Source of the DNA: Lama glama
Taxonomy: Eukaryota
Reading direction: 5' to 3'
DNA length: 64,000 nt
NCBI GenBank assembly: GCA_028534125.1
Contig: CM052816.1
Coordinates: forward strand, 20,338,001-20,402,000
A program made the translations under genes and the position numbers. Every line of letters starts with the position of its first letter. Positions within the stretch are counted from its first letter, which is position 1. This document shows, piece after piece, positions 61,626 through 64,000 of the stretch. A model generated the notes under the pieces. It ran no database searches. It saw only the letters and a list, made by a program, of their open reading frames with translations, and was not told the DNA's origin.

Positions 61626-63310
61626 TGAAGTGACAGCTCAGTGGCTGCGGTGGCCGTGTCCTGCCTCTTCCCCTCACTGGGATGCTCAGCACAGCCTGTT
61701 ATCCCTTCATGGGCTCTGACTTCCTATTGACATCAATCATGAAACATCCCATGGACACTATTTCTCTGCTTGTTGAGGGAGTCGGTCTGGGGCTCAGACA
61801 GCCCTCCACACATCTACCCCAGCCTCGAGTGTTCAGCCACACTGGGATGGATGTGAGCAGGTTTCAGTGGGAGACTTGGACCTATGGGGAGTTCAGTGGT
61901 AGCTCAGCTTCAAATCCTTTCTGGGACAGAGGTGAGGAATTCAGGACTAAGTAGGGAAATGATGAGAGGGGGTCCGTTCCCTCAAGTTCTCAGCTCTGAG
62001 CAGCTCAGTCAGAGCTACCTTCATGCTCACAGCTGACTTGGTGGCAAGACAAGGCAGCTGGGCGGGCCATCCATCTGGCGGGAGTCTGCCCTGAGTATTG
62101 ATAGGGAAGCAGAGCTCAGGGAGAAGACATTAGAGACATTGTTTCCGGAGGCTGCAACAGAGTATATGGCTGGCAATTATCTGTTTCTGATCCATTAAAG
62201 AATGCTTTGACATAGGAAATACAGATTAGGAATGAAATTGTAATATAATCAAATTGCGTTTTTATGGAAAGTACTACATTTTTCTCTAAATAAAATTCAG
62301 TAACAAAATTTTATTTGCTTTCCCCCCAAAATGCCTTTCCAAATTGATTTTTCAGAGAAATTGTGAAAACCAATGTGGTTCAGGGTAAGAAAGGCCTAAA
62401 TCAGAGGCCTCTGATCCAAAGCACAGCATGGTTATTATTGGTCATCTCAGGATACCTTGGGCTCAGAGCTTCCCTGATTCCCTTAAACACTCCTAGCCAG
62501 TTAGCTCATCTTTCACAGAGCTCTCTGGGAGATGGCTTACATCCTGAGATGCCCCTGCAGGGGTGGAGGAAACGTGACAGCAAAGGATGGCTTGTTCTTT
62601 CGGAGTCATCCCACGGTAATGGAGCAGCAGGCAGGTGTTCAGAGGAAAATTATTAGAAGAAGCAGATATGAGGTTTAGAGTTTAGAAACTGCTGGCAAAG
62701 AGGATGTGCAAATTACTTTCTCGATGGGCAGAGGTTTGCAGAAAAGGATTTTAAGCTGTCCATGCATAGCCCCAAAACATTCATATGAAAAGTCAAAAAT
62801 TCAGGGCCAGTGTTTGCCCTGTATTTTTATATTTGCAAACATCTGGATCAACATTGGAATTTGTCATCTACCCAGATGCTTTATATTCCTTGCATGGGGC
62901 CAGCCATATGCACACAAACAGGAATTGAAAGATATTTATTCTTTTTATAGTAACTATATAATCAACCATCAGGCTTTCGGTAACTGTAATTAACCATCAG
63001 ATAGCTATTGATCGCTTATGCTAGGCATATGTAAGGTACAAGAGACGTATGTCATGATCCTTCACTTAAGAAAAGTGGCATCTTATTTGGAGAGACAGAC
63101 TCAATACACATGGTACACTTGACCCTGGTTCTCCCTCTTGTCCTCACCATGAGATCTTTCCTGGGTGTATGATAGGAACTAGAGAAGCCTGGGCAGCCAG
63201 GAAGGCTTCCTGGAGGAGAAGGACTAGATCCATATCTGACATTGTGAATGAAATTTAAGATAATGAATGAAAGGAAGGGTTCCCTTTATGTCAGGGAAAG
63301 AAGATGGGCA

Positions 63311-63481
63311 TTTTTTTTAAATTGAAGGATAGTAATTTGATTTACAGTGTTGTGTTTCTGGTGTAGCAGATACACACTGGTATCCACAAAGTAGATAAAC
63401 AACAGGGTCCTACTGTATAGCACAGGGAACTATATACAGTAGCTTATAGTAACCTATAATGAAAAAGAATTTGAAAAATAT
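63311..63481 (-). mobile_element. Short cetartiodactyl-type L1 3' insertion with 5' inversion
   Basis: Antisense L1 terminus 63311-63365 (T run, 'ttgatttacagtgttgtg') joined to a sense piece 'gataaacaacagggtcctactgtatagcacagggaactatat'; TSD gatgggcattttt at 63303-63315 and 63482-63494. Confidence 0.85.
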
Positions 63482-64000
63482 GATGGGCATTTTTCATAGC
63501 AGGGTATACAGCTGAAGGGGAGGATGAGCTGACTGGTGGAAGGGGAGTGTGAGTGGGGGAGTGAGGACACTGAAACCACCAACATGATTGTGAGTCTGGG
63601 CTGAATTTTGGGGAACAAGGAACAAGTATGTAGGGTGGGGCCTGCTGGACAGAGACCTGAACCCCTCTTGAAGAGTTTTCTCTTTATTCAGGGAACTAAA
63701 GTTCCAAGTGAGGGGTCAGAGTTTGTGCAGGGGGTCCTTCCTCCCATCTGCACACCCAGCACAACACCGTCTATAGATGGAATAAATCCTACCTTCTTCC
63801 GTAGGTACCCACAGCTGTACCTGAATACATGGAGGCTTGTGTGAAAAGATGCAGTTTTACTGAGAAGATACTAAATTTGAAGTAGCTGTTTGGCACTGTA
63901 GATTGTCTGGAGCAATGTTTCCCCAACTTACAGGATTACTCTCAAGTTTAGTTGTTAGTTTTACTATTAGGAAGAGAACCTCCTGCCCCAGAGGTTGGGC

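Noticed and set aside
1..64000. Naming the host gene or exact species
   Set aside because: No recognisable exon. The camelid origin is inferred only from repeat types, and a BLAT search is needed.

Overview
Mammalian non-coding DNA, most likely camelid (Vic-type tRNA-Ala SINEs, cetartiodactyl-type L1 3' end and MER41-like LTR). It reads as a long intron or gene desert. I could not recognise an intact protein-coding exon, and the ORF track looks like chance ORFs and repeat-derived ORFs. Much of the window is old interspersed repeat (MIR, L2, L1M, MLT1, LTR16, MER33, MER94), with repeat-free, motif-dense tracts between them that look like conserved enhancers. Repeat family names come from recalled consensus sequences, and most boundaries are approximate. 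Best leads: (1) a frameshifted, coding-like remnant at about 59.15-59.40 kb (minus strand) resembling ECL2/TM6/ECL3 of GPR31/HCAR/OXER1-type GPCRs; (2) a recursive-splice-site-like motif at 27.8 kb; (3) a 4x44-bp GC-rich VNTR next to AP-1/FOX motifs; (4) a complete MER41-like solo LTR with a STAT-type site; (5) a twin-primed inverted L1 insertion; (6) an old local duplication of a MER33 end plus its flank; (7) a 500-N gap that appears to have zero true length. I cannot support a complete novel multi-gene system from this sequence.
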